Assembly: GCA_030324005.1 (NCBI GenBank)
Contig: JARDVH010000059.1
Location: 94,755,309 to 94,819,308 of the forward strand
Source: Negaprion brevirostris
Taxonomy: Eukaryota
Direction: 5' to 3'
DNA length: 64,000 nt
This document shows, piece by piece, positions 54,000 through 64,000 of the stretch; within the stretch, counting starts at the first letter, position 1; each line of letters opens with the position of its first letter. The position numbers were made by a program, and so were the translations under genes. The notes beneath the pieces were generated by a model. That model did no database searches and had not been told where the DNA came from. It saw only the letters and a list, made by a program, of their open reading frames with translations.

Positions 54000-55190
54000 T
54001 TCTTCGATTCTTCATGTTACTTCTTCCTTAATCATGGTCCCCTACCCATTGTGGTTGACAACGCTCTCAACCATGCCCAACCCATGTCCTGCACCAATGT
54101 CCTCACCACCTCCCCTCCCTCCCAGAATTAGGATAGGGTCCCCCTTGTCCCCACTTTCCACCCCACCAGCCTCTGCATTTAAAGAATCATCCTCCATCAT
54201 TCCTGCCAACTCCGCCAAATACATCTTCCCCTCACATCCCTTGTCATCATTCTACAGAGACTATTCCCTCCAGAACTCCATCACATGCAACATCTCATCC
54301 CCAGCCCACAGCACCTTTCCATGCACTCATAGATGGCGCAATACCTGCTGCCTTTGCCTCTATCCTGCTCTTCATCCAAGGGCTCAGACACACTTCTCAG
54401 GTGAAGCAGCGCTTCACACACCCTTCCCCACCTTTAATCTGGTCTGTTGCATTTGCTGCTCCCAGTGTAGCCTACTCTACATCAGAGAGACAAAAAACAA
54501 ACTGGATAACTGTTTTGTAAAACACTTTTGGCCTGTCTGCAAGCAGGACCCAGACCTTCCTGTCACTTGCCATTTCAACACACCACCTTGCTCTCATGTC
54601 CAATTGTCCGTCCTTAGCCTGTTGCAATGTTCCAGTGAAGCCCAACGCAACCTGGAGGAACAGCACCACATCTTCTGACAGCCTTTAGGACTTCATATTA
54701 AGTTCAACAACTTCAGAGCATAATCTCACTCTCTTACCTCCACCCCATTTCCATTTTTTATTTCATTTTGTATTGTCTTATTTGTCTTCATTTTCTAAAT
54801 TTTCATTTCTTCCATCCTTTATTTTGTCTGCTGTTTTAAAATCTCGCTTTCCACCTTATGTTCCCTTGCTCCGGGCCACCTGTTCTATGCCTCAGGTTGT
54901 CCTTTGATGCTCTGTTTACCTTTGTTCTGCTGTTTACGCATTTTGATTCCTTAATGAGCTGCTATTAGCTCCATTTTTAGCCATGATCACCATCATTTAC
55001 GTTTGCCTCTTTGTCTATGATATCTTTGTCAATTACCCCATCACCACCACCCTAATAGTATAAATCCCATCCTGTTTTCTTTGCCTTCAGCTCTGATGAA
55101 GGGTCACCCAGACTCAAAACATTGGCTGTATTTTCTTTTCATAGATGCTGTTAGATCTACTGAGATTTTTCCAGTATTTTGTCTGTGTTT
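54000..55190 (+). mobile_element. Penelope-like element (GIY-YIG endonuclease remnant)
   Basis: NLVCCICCSQCSLLYIRETKNKLDNCFVKH is a degenerate GIY-YIG; decayed hammerhead CTGATGAAG...caaaac at about 55093. Confidence 0.8.
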
Positions 55191-55229
55191 AAAATCATAT
55201 AGTTGCTTTTCCCTGTGCAAATGCATGAA

Positions 55230-56099
55230 CACAGTAAGAAGTCTCACAACACCAAGTTAAAGTCCAACAGGTTTATTTGATAGTAAACGCCACTAGCTTT
55301 CAGAACACTGTTCCTTCATCAGGTGAGTGGAGNNNNNNNNNNNNNNNNNNNNNNNNNNNNNNNNNNNNNNNNNNNNNNNNNNNNNNNNNNNNNNNNNNNN
55401 NNNNNNNNNNNNNNNNNNNNNNNNNNNNNNNNGTCATTGATAAAGGCAAACATCTCACTAGGGCCATCCCCACACTCCAACTTATTGCCTTCAAATAACC
55501 ACACAAGCTCAAACAGATCATTGTTCACAGCCTTCAGGAGAGCAGTGATCACAACATCACACAACTCTGCCACAGCAACCTCTGCAAGAAGTGCACTTCA
55601 GCGGTCACGGGCATTTGACCTCTGATCTTTGGGTAAGCGTTCTCCAACACAGCCTTCATGTCACATGACAGTGCAGAGTCACTGAGCAGAGACTGGTAGC
55701 CAAGTTCTGCATGAGGACGGCCTCAACCAGGATCTTGGGTTCATGTCACGCTATCTGTAACCCCCATAACTTGCCTGAACTTACACCATCTTACTGTCCT
55801 GTCTGGAGACAATACACATCTCTTTAACCTATGCTTAATGCTATCTCTACTCATGTTGTCTGCACCTTTAAGACTTGAATAGCAGATTAGCTGTAAAGAC
55901 TCATATTCTAATCAGTATTCTGAAAACTGCGTGTGCCTTTATATGCCCTGTTTATGATCAGAACTCTCCACTCACCTGACGAAGGAACAGCGTTCCAAAA
56001 GCTAGTAGCGTTTACTACCAAACAAACCTGTTGGACTTTAACCTGGTGTTGTGAGACTTACTGGGTTTACCCCAGTCCAACGCCAGCATCCCCACGTAA
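55230..56099 (+). mobile_element. Penelope-like insertion with inverted 5' pLTR copy and 12-bp TSD
   Basis: CAAATGCATGAA at 55218-55229 and 56100-56111; 55230-55332 is an inverted copy of about 55965-56068. Confidence 0.8.
55291..55325 (-). ncRNA. Minimal hammerhead ribozyme motif (antisense to AZIN1)
   Basis: Minus strand reads CAC-CTGATGA-A-GGAAC/agt/GTTCT-GAA-AGCT-A-GTG. Confidence 0.55.
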
Positions 56100-56147
56100 C
56101 AAATGCATGAATGCAGCTGATGAGCCATTTTGACTTTTTTCCTTTAG

Positions 56148-56359
56148 AAACCTAATTCGGGGGAGCCTGTGTTTGCCAGCAGCCTGTGGGGACCATCCTG
56201 TGATGGGCTTGATCAAGTTGTGGAACACTGTCTCCTACCTGAACTAAGTGTTGGTGATTGGGTCATCTTTGAAAACATGGGAGCATACACATTGGAGCAG
56301 TCTGCTTTCAGTGAGTTCCAGAGGTTACCAGTTTACTGTGTGATGTCAATCAGCGATTG
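56148..56359 (+). CDS. AZIN1: AZIN1 exon 11: [48 protein letters not shown]...SDW
   Basis: WGPSCD and GDW..F.NMGA motifs; acceptor ctttAG, donor TG|GTAAGT. Confidence 0.95.
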
Positions 56360-56628
56360 GTAAGTAACCCAAAATATAATTTTAAGTATCAAGAAAACAT
56401 CATGACTTGTATAATAAAATATAATACATTTTATAATTAAATACGATTATAGCATAAAATTTGGTATGCATCCATCTGATCAGATGAATGCAGGACAGAA
56501 AGCTTCAACAGTATATCTTTTTAACAATGTTCAATATAATGGCTTCATTAATACCCAGCTGATTTGACAAAAGTAGGTGAAAAGCTAGATGCCTTTAATA
56601 CATTCATGTTTAATTTTTTTTGTCTCAG

Positions 56629-56758
56629 GTATTGGATGCAAGAAGTTGGTTTAACCTTGGAAACACCTGTGAAGACCTTCTCTTGTGTGCCTTCTTGTTT
56701 TCGGCTGAGCCAAGAAGAAGGCTTTCCAGCTGCGAGTTTGTCTGGCATCAGTGCTTAA
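56629..56758 (+). CDS. AZIN1: AZIN1 last coding exon: YWMQEVGLT...VPSCFRLSQEEGFPAASLSGISA*
   Basis: Matches the recalled AZIN1 C-terminus (VPSCIQLSQED); acceptor tctcAG; stop TAA 56756-56758. Confidence 0.92.
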
Positions 56759-57043
56759 GTTACTGAATTTTGCAGTTCTGTTCAATCGCATGTCTGGTTG
56801 ACATTCCAACATGGAAGAAAACCAGTGGAACAATCCTGCTTTGTTTTTTTGTTAAATTTTAACTCGAACACTTGAAATAGTTAATCGGGACCAGGCAGAA
56901 ATCAGCTAGAATAACTACAAGTGGTCATGTGGAAAAATTAACATTTTAACCATCTGAAATGAAGCCTGCGAGTTGATGTAACTTTTTACTTTCTCTTTCT
57001 CCCTCCCCACCCACCCTGCCCCTACCTTCCCCCACAAACCAAC

Positions 57044-57584
57044 AATAAAATATGCAACAAAATGGATGACTTGGAAGAGGTGGAAACCTATCACTGGGTT
57101 CCCTGCTTAAACAGTTTACATGTTCACAATTTTTATACAGATATTCTTATTATAGATGTCTTGAGATTTTTTTGCCCATTTAACAGAATAACCAGAGCAA
57201 TTTGACTTGATGTGTAAAATGTTTAGAATGTGTAAAATATGTGCTTGTTCTGTAGTTAATAAATGTAAAATTGCAGCAAACTTTATATGATCTATTGTCC
57301 CTGTTTTGATTTCCAATAAAATTATATAGCTTCGTTTTGGTTTTTCACATTAATTGAGCATTGCCGTGGGTGCAAAATACAGAACAGACTGGAGCTGGTT
57401 AAAAGATGAGATATAACAGAATTACTCCTACCATTCAATGTAAAATATATTGCTGTGCAAGATATTATTTGATATTGTTTGAAAATGTCAGTTGCTTTTT
57501 GTGAATATTGCTAGTCTCCTGATTTTTTTCTTGCAGTGTCAGTGTAGCTGGCTTCATTTTTAGTTACTACATGGTTTTAATAAA
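57044..57584 (+). terminator. Cluster of AATAAA polyadenylation signals in the AZIN1 3' UTR
   Basis: AATAAA at 57044, 57258, 57315 and 57579; the 57315 hexamer has a U/GU-rich tract downstream. Confidence 0.55.
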
Positions 57585-60500
57585 TGTTAAAAGTTCAATT
57601 GGATAAATTTCAAACAATCTGAAAAGGAAGAGCAGAGCACATGTTGGCTAATCCACCCTCCTTATACAATATAAACCACCATATAACATCAAAACATCTC
57701 AAAAGTAGTCTATTTTTGTAGACAAAATAAGTTCCACTTGGCTTCCGGATTGCTTTATCTGAAACTTTGCTTGAATTGCAGTATTTAAAGGCTATAACTT
57801 CCATAGCTACTTTTTCATGAAATGAATTGCCCAGCTATTTACATGCACAGCTAATGAGTTGGCTGCATGAAGAAGAATTGACCCCTGTATGCTAAAATTC
57901 CCAGCATCAAAGTAGTATACATTTCTGTCCTTTCACCCCCACTAGAAATCTACAGCCACTCTATTTAAATAATCAAAACCTTTGTACAAAAATTCTAAGC
58001 TTGATTATGCAGTAAAAAAGTGTACACCAAAACTGTACTTCAACTTTTTGCTTTTCCAGGCCTGATCTTAAATGCAACAAGCAAGCAGATCCCCAAGGCT
58101 CGAGTGCTTGAACTGCTTGCAATACATAAACAGAGTAAAAGACATTCACTTTTGAGAGAATTGTCAGACTGCACCTTATAAAGCATTGCATTATCCAAAT
58201 GGAGAAAGAGATAAGGAACCTGTCTCGACTTTTAAGCCATGATACCATTTGGTCGAACTTTTGCAGTAAAAGGCAGCTTTCATAGGAAAGGCTGTACCTT
58301 GTACAATTGGGAAGTTAGCAAGATCTATCTGTGTGTACTTAGCATATGGAGTCTAGTGTGATGGGTAATCCTTGCTTTATTGTAAATTTATCTTTGGACT
58401 AACATGTCAAAGAAGACATACCATCAACTACTAGTACATTTCGCAAGCATTTCAATTTCGTTACAGGCAAGTTGTCAGGTCTTGTTTCTGAGTGAAAATA
58501 GCATAGAATCTTCCAGGAAGTATATACAAAGTTGCCTCCTATCTTTATGCTGTCACATTGCAACGAATTCCCAGTAATCCAAATCAGACTCGCAAGAAGA
58601 ATAAGATTTGCAAAATGATCTTAGGCAATGAGCTTTTAATTTAACATTAACAATTAGTGCAGATTGTATTGCTCAATGGAAATTGTTATGGCATAGCATC
58701 AGCTCCAACATCAAATTGATGATTTTGTCAACCATCACCTTCAAAAATGTATCCACGTGATTTAAAGTTTAAAACAATCGACTATGCCCTTATTATTTGA
58801 CCCACTAAGAGCAAAGACCATGCTTTTGAGCCCTGCCTTAAGAAAGTTGACGATGAACAATTGTAGAACATTGGTACATGGAAGTACATAGTTACTCGAA
58901 CCACAGAATATACCATAGGCACGTTAAAGCAACATTTTGGATACCTTGCCTGATCTCTCTCTCTAACAACTTGTCTTTATACAGTGCTCTTAAAAGTTTT
59001 ACAGGAACTTTATCTGACACAATTTGAGCTGAACTGCACAGGAATTGGGATAGATGGTTAGAGGTAGGTTTTAGGAAGTATCTTAAAAGGTCGAGAATTA
59101 GACAACCAAAGGTGTACTAAAGGGAATCAGGGTATTGAATGGCCATAATTAGAGGAATGCCAAAAGCTGAGAGCTGTAGGAGATTAGTGGGCTAGAGAGG
59201 AGCAGGAAAGTCTTCAATTTCTTAAAGCATGCTGCTTATCTTTAACATGCAATGACATAATTGGTGTTGGCAGGAAGACAACCAGCCGCAGCAGCTTTTG
59301 CACGGCTCCGCTTGTAGTGAAGTTGTACTTGGGTGAAAATCGGAGAATTGTGCCCAGGAATCAGTGCTTCGCTTTGCATTGACTTTTGGTGAAAATTGGA
59401 ATGATGTGCGACGTTTGTGCTGCTTTTACAACTGCCAGAAACAAAGGCTGACAAAACTTAAACTATCCAACACTGCCAAGAATATGGATATATAGTTGTA
59501 CTTTAAAACAATCAAATTGCATTCCCCTAAATGTAATGTACATCCCTAATACTTGTTACCCCAGTGCTTGACCATGTATACTTTGGTTGATCTAAAATCT
59601 GTCATATTCTCCTTCAGGGGAAGTGTTATAGCTAGCTGTTGTGCTGGAGGAAGTGTAGTTCGGCGTACTTATATCTAGCCCTTCTGAGCTACCCTTGCAT
59701 TTGTGTGGAACAACTGCTTTGTATGGTGCATCAGGATTATTTGGGAATGTTTCTAAGGCTTCAAAGCTTGAACCTGAGCATTTAATTTCTTGGATTCCAT
59801 GTTGAGTCATCAATTACTCAAGGTAGGTAACTGCCACTATCATGTAAATTGGATATTTGATGACCATTCAATTCACAAACATTTAATTGCTGAAAGTTAC
59901 TCACATAAACAAGTGGAGCTTATTAATTCAGTAACTAAACGAGAAAAGCTCTCGTGTTGATAGTTGTATATAGGCAAAATGATATCGTGTACAGGTGGTT
60001 GGCTAACAATGGATGGCACCAAAAATGTCTTGAAAGGAGCCTGTAACAGAAGTTGGATGCAGTCGTATCTTTCACCAGGCAGAACCAGCCAAGTTGTGAA
60101 CAAGGTTTGGAGATCTGTTTGCAAAGTTCTGGGACTACTTCTGGCACAGTGGGAAGAGAACAATGATTTTCAGACCTGTGACATTGTACATGTGAATATG
60201 AGCTGTAACCGGTTGTTGATCACTTGTCTGTAGAACTCTTCATCTTTGAGCTCCCTGAGGACAAGAATACTACTCAAGGCTTGACTATATCTTAATTTCG
60301 CATGGGCTATTATGGTCAATCCCCTGGAACAGTTGCAAATAAAACTGATGGAAGTTGCAGAAAGGTAGCAAGATCTAATGCTTTTTGCAAAAGATATCCA
60401 ACTAGAGTTGAACCACAAAGCTCATTTTTCTTTGCACACCAAGGAATACAAAAGTAGTCTGTTTTGTAAGGCACACAGCAGTGACATCATTGCTGGTGCA

Positions 60501-62049
60501 CTGAGCCAGCAGGAAATGGGCAGCAAAGCACCTCCCTCACTCGGTTTTTGAAACTTTTAATGAAACCCATGCACTCCAACAATATGAGCTCTTCTCACCT
60601 TCCAATGAGAAAATAATAGCACACTCCTTTCATTTTTCTGGTGCTCCGATTCCACAACCCCCTTTTTCCATCTCCCCTTTTATAAGCAAGTGTGCTTGTG
60701 AGCAAAGGTTCACAAATCAAACAGCTTGGTGACCCTACAAGTCTTCCGTCCCCTTTGCTAAGGGTTCTATAGTCAGTATTGTAACTGAACTATTAAGAGA
60801 AACAGCAGCTATAGTTTCTTGTGTTAAAACTGTGGGCGATGCCTGACTGGTGCATCGTTGCCTATGTTGAACTTTTGGACAAGTGTCATACTAAGTTTCA
60901 GACTAAATAGCTGAAGTCTTGCCTTCCTCCCTTGAGTAGGCAAGATGCATCAGGCACAGATGAATCACCATTATGCCGTATTGACCGATTGGCTGATTCA
61001 TCCCCCTTTCAACCCCTCAAGCTAATTCGTAACATCATAGACAGAAAGTTACAATGTGGAATGAGGCCATTCGGCCTATTGTGATTATGCCACAAAATAG
61101 CTGCTCAACCTAATCCTAACTTCCAGCTCCAGTTCCATAGCCTTGTACATTGCAGCTCCTGAAGTGCATGTCCAAGTGTTTCTTTTTTAAAAAGTTTTAA
61201 AATTTATTTGTGTCACAAGTAGGCTTACATTAACACTGCAATGAAGTTACTGTGAAAATCCTCTAGTCACCACACTGCGATGTCTGGGTACACTGAGGGG
61301 GAATAATCAGACCACCTACAGATATCTGTCTACCCACTGTGATTTTCCAAAAGGATATGATGGTCAATAAAATGCTGAGTGCCTTCCAGTCAAAGGAAAG
61401 AAGTGTCAGCCCATCTCTTATCCCCAATGTTTCTGGGTAAGGGGTGGGCTTGGGTGTGGTGGGGGAGCTTGAGCAGTCTCCAAGAGGTCAAACCCCTCCG
61501 ACCAATCATCGGACTGCATCCCACCTTATCTCATCATACTTCTTTCAAAGCTCATGACAGAGTCTGTTATATTCCTGATCTGGATTCAGCCCTGTTATCT
61601 TACTTTTCTTACTTGGGCTCAGGCTAATAGTTTTAAAAAATACTATTGTCAGTTAAAACGCTTACTTATCTTGCGACTTCAACTGGATAACTTTGTTAGT
61701 GTGGCTATGGTTGCTGGTAAGTTAATAATCTTACATTTTGTTAATTGCGTTAAGGGCAGAGTAATTCTTATACCTAATAGTTTTCTAAAACCTGGCAAGT
61801 TTTAGGTTGTATGGTGTCAAACATGCTTTTGCAGGTTCATTATTATATTAAAAACAGAAAATGTTGGAAAACCTCAGCAGATCTGGAAGCATCTTTGGAG
61901 AGAGAAAAGTTAACTCTTCATTTCAAATGACTTTTAATTTACCTAACCTCAATTGGTTTTTGCAGGGGTGGGGGGAATGGACTTCTGGATTTCTACTTCC
62001 CTCTGTGTGAAAAAGTGCCTTCAAACACCCTCCTGCCGAATTTTATGGC

Positions 62050-63330
62050 TATGTCTCCTTCTGTGGATTCCCTTCCAGAGCAAACAGTCTCTCTTTTTCG
62101 ACCTTATCGCTTCTTCCAATCATCTCCATCATGTCAATTAGATCACACATTACTACATTAAAGTGAATACAAGCCTTGTCTCTCTAGCCTTTGTCGTGGT
62201 AATTTAACCTTTGTGTCCTTGGTATCATCATTCAGGTGAATTTAAACTGCACAATCTTCAAGGCTAATATACCTTTCCATAGGAACAAGAGGCCTCAAGC
62301 TAAACAGCAAAGTACAGACGGGAGCAGGCCCTTCGGCCCACCAAATCTGTGCTGACACTGATGTCTCTCTAATATTTTCTTGCCTCTACGTAGTCCATAT
62401 CCCTCCATTCACTGTCTATTCATGTAGCTACCCAGATGCATCTTGAATATTTCTGTAGAATCTGCTTCCACCTCTGGCAATGTGTTCCAGGTATTCACCA
62501 CCCTCTGTGTGGAAAAACTTGCTCCTTACATCTCTTTTAACTTTCTCCCTCTCACCCTTAACCTATGCTCCCAAGTAATTGGCCCTTCGACCCTGGGAAA
62601 AAGGATCTGACTAACTCCAGCCAACCTTGTCATAATCTTGTAAACCTCTATCAAGTCACTCCTCATCCTCATCCAGTGAAAACAATCCAAGTTTGTTCAA
62701 CCTTTCTTCATAGTCCATATCCTCTAAACCAGATTTACCTGGCAATATCCTGGTAAATCTCTTCTGTACCCTTTCCAATGCATCAACATCCTTCTGGGTT
62801 TTGTGGCCCATTGGACGCAATACGCTAAACGTGGCCTAACCAAAGTCTTATACAGTTACAACATGGTTTTCTAATTCCTATATTCAATGTCCTGACCAAT
62901 GAAGGTCAGCATGCCATAGGCCTTCTTGACCACCTTAGTTGCAGCCTTCAGGGAACTGTGGATCTGCACACCCAGATCCCTCTGTATGCTGATATTTTTA
63001 AGAGTTTTACCATTTACTGTATACTTTCCTTCTGTAGTAGATCTTCCAAATCGCAGCACCTCACATTTGTCCGGGTTAAATTCCATCTGCCATTTTTCAG
63101 CCCAGGTCTCCAGCCAAGTTATATCCTGCTGTATCTTCTAACATTCCTCCTCACTACCTGCTACTCCAATTTTTGTATCACCTGCAAATTTACTAATCAG
63201 GTCGCCTACATTTCCCTCCAAATCATTTTTATATATTACAAACAACAGAGGCCCCAGCACAGATCCTTGTGGAACACTACTTGTCACAAACCTCCAGTTA
63301 GAAAAGTACCCTTCCACAGCTACTCTCTGC
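62050..63330 (-). mobile_element. CR1-like LINE RT 3' half
   Basis: SSVPQGSVLGPLLFVIYKNDL...SKFAGDTK and MEFNPDKCEVLRFGR. Confidence 0.85.
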
Positions 63331-63359
63331 TTTCTACGTTGTTTTCTTTTATTCATGTA

Positions 63360-63690
63360 CAGGCTGTAGAAGCCACAGGCTGGGCCAGCATTTATTGCCC
63401 ATCCCTAACTGTCCTCCATTTCAAAGGGCATTTAAGAGTAAACCACATTGCTGTGGGGCTGGAGACTGGGTAAGAACAGCAGATTTCCTTCCCTAAAGGC
63501 CATTAGTGAACCAGAGGGGTTTTTACAACAATCGATAATGGTCATCATTAAGCTTTTAACTCCAGACTTCTTACTGAATTCAAATTTCACCATCTGCCAT
63601 TGTGGGATTTGAACCTGTGTCCCCACATCTTGCCCTGGGTCTCTGGATTACGAGTTCATTGACAATATCACTGCGCCAGTACCTCCCCAA
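63360..63690 (-). mobile_element. SINE-like repeat (related copy at 21405-21580 on +)
   Basis: Shared agggaaggaaatctg...cacagcaatgtgg sequence; ggttcaaatccc B-box on the minus strand. Confidence 0.6.
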
Positions 63691-64000
63691 TGAATCCATA
63701 TTCAATGAAATTGTGGCTGAGNNNNNNNNNNAACATGCATGTATCTGCATTTGCCAAATATCCTTCAATATGCTTGGGTAACTGTGGTAACAAATAAGGT
63801 GGTCAAATGCATCGTCAAAGGAAGAAACTTCTTTATATAAATAAATAACAAAGTTGGACAAAACAGCAGTAATCAAAAGCAACCAGAAGAGGTCTGGACT
63901 TGCAGAACTTTCTTATAGACTGAAATTTCACCCAAAGTCCACAAGTGTTCAGAAGAGAGAAAGGCTGACAGTAACACAAATCATAACAATTTCAGCTTTA

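Noticed and set aside
54034-54678. 214-aa ORF as a nested gene
   Set aside because: Degenerate Penelope GIY-YIG sequence with the YIG motif mutated and frame mixing.
4905-56099. Recurring ttggactttaacctggtgttgtgagac repeats as a CRISPR-like or novel array
   Set aside because: Dispersed in both orientations with TSDs and Penelope ORF remnants, so ordinary retroelement copies.
29665-56758. Calling the gene ODC1 or AZIN2
   Set aside because: The MKGF start, YTVKCN, GFAC, EPGSYY, VPSC..LSQE tail and AUU/PPW uCC all point to AZIN1.

Overview
Eukaryotic (vertebrate, most likely shark/elasmobranch, judging by HE1/V-SINE-like, CR1, Rex1 and Penelope repeats) genomic window holding one nearly complete plus-strand gene, antizyme inhibitor 1 (AZIN1, a catalytically dead ornithine decarboxylase paralogue). 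It has a CpG-rich promoter with GC and TATA boxes near 7.8 kb, two 5'-leader exons, and main CDS exons from ATG 29665 to TAA 56758. One expected coding exon is not visible and probably lies in the N-gap at 50934-51284. The leader carries the known AUU-initiated, PPW-ending polyamine-sensing uORF (uCC), split by an 18.75 kb intron and preceded by an AUG-UGA start-stop and a 17-codon AUG uORF. Most interesting candidates: a 'poison' 5' extension of exon 6 ending in Pro-Pro-stop, ODC-like residues retained in this AZIN1, a TOP/TCT-like start site, and intronic Penelope-derived hammerhead ribozymes and inverted repeats. The rest is transposon-rich intron or intergenic DNA. Homology calls rest on my recall of human/mouse AZIN1 and ODC sequences, not on a search, and repeat boundaries are approximate.
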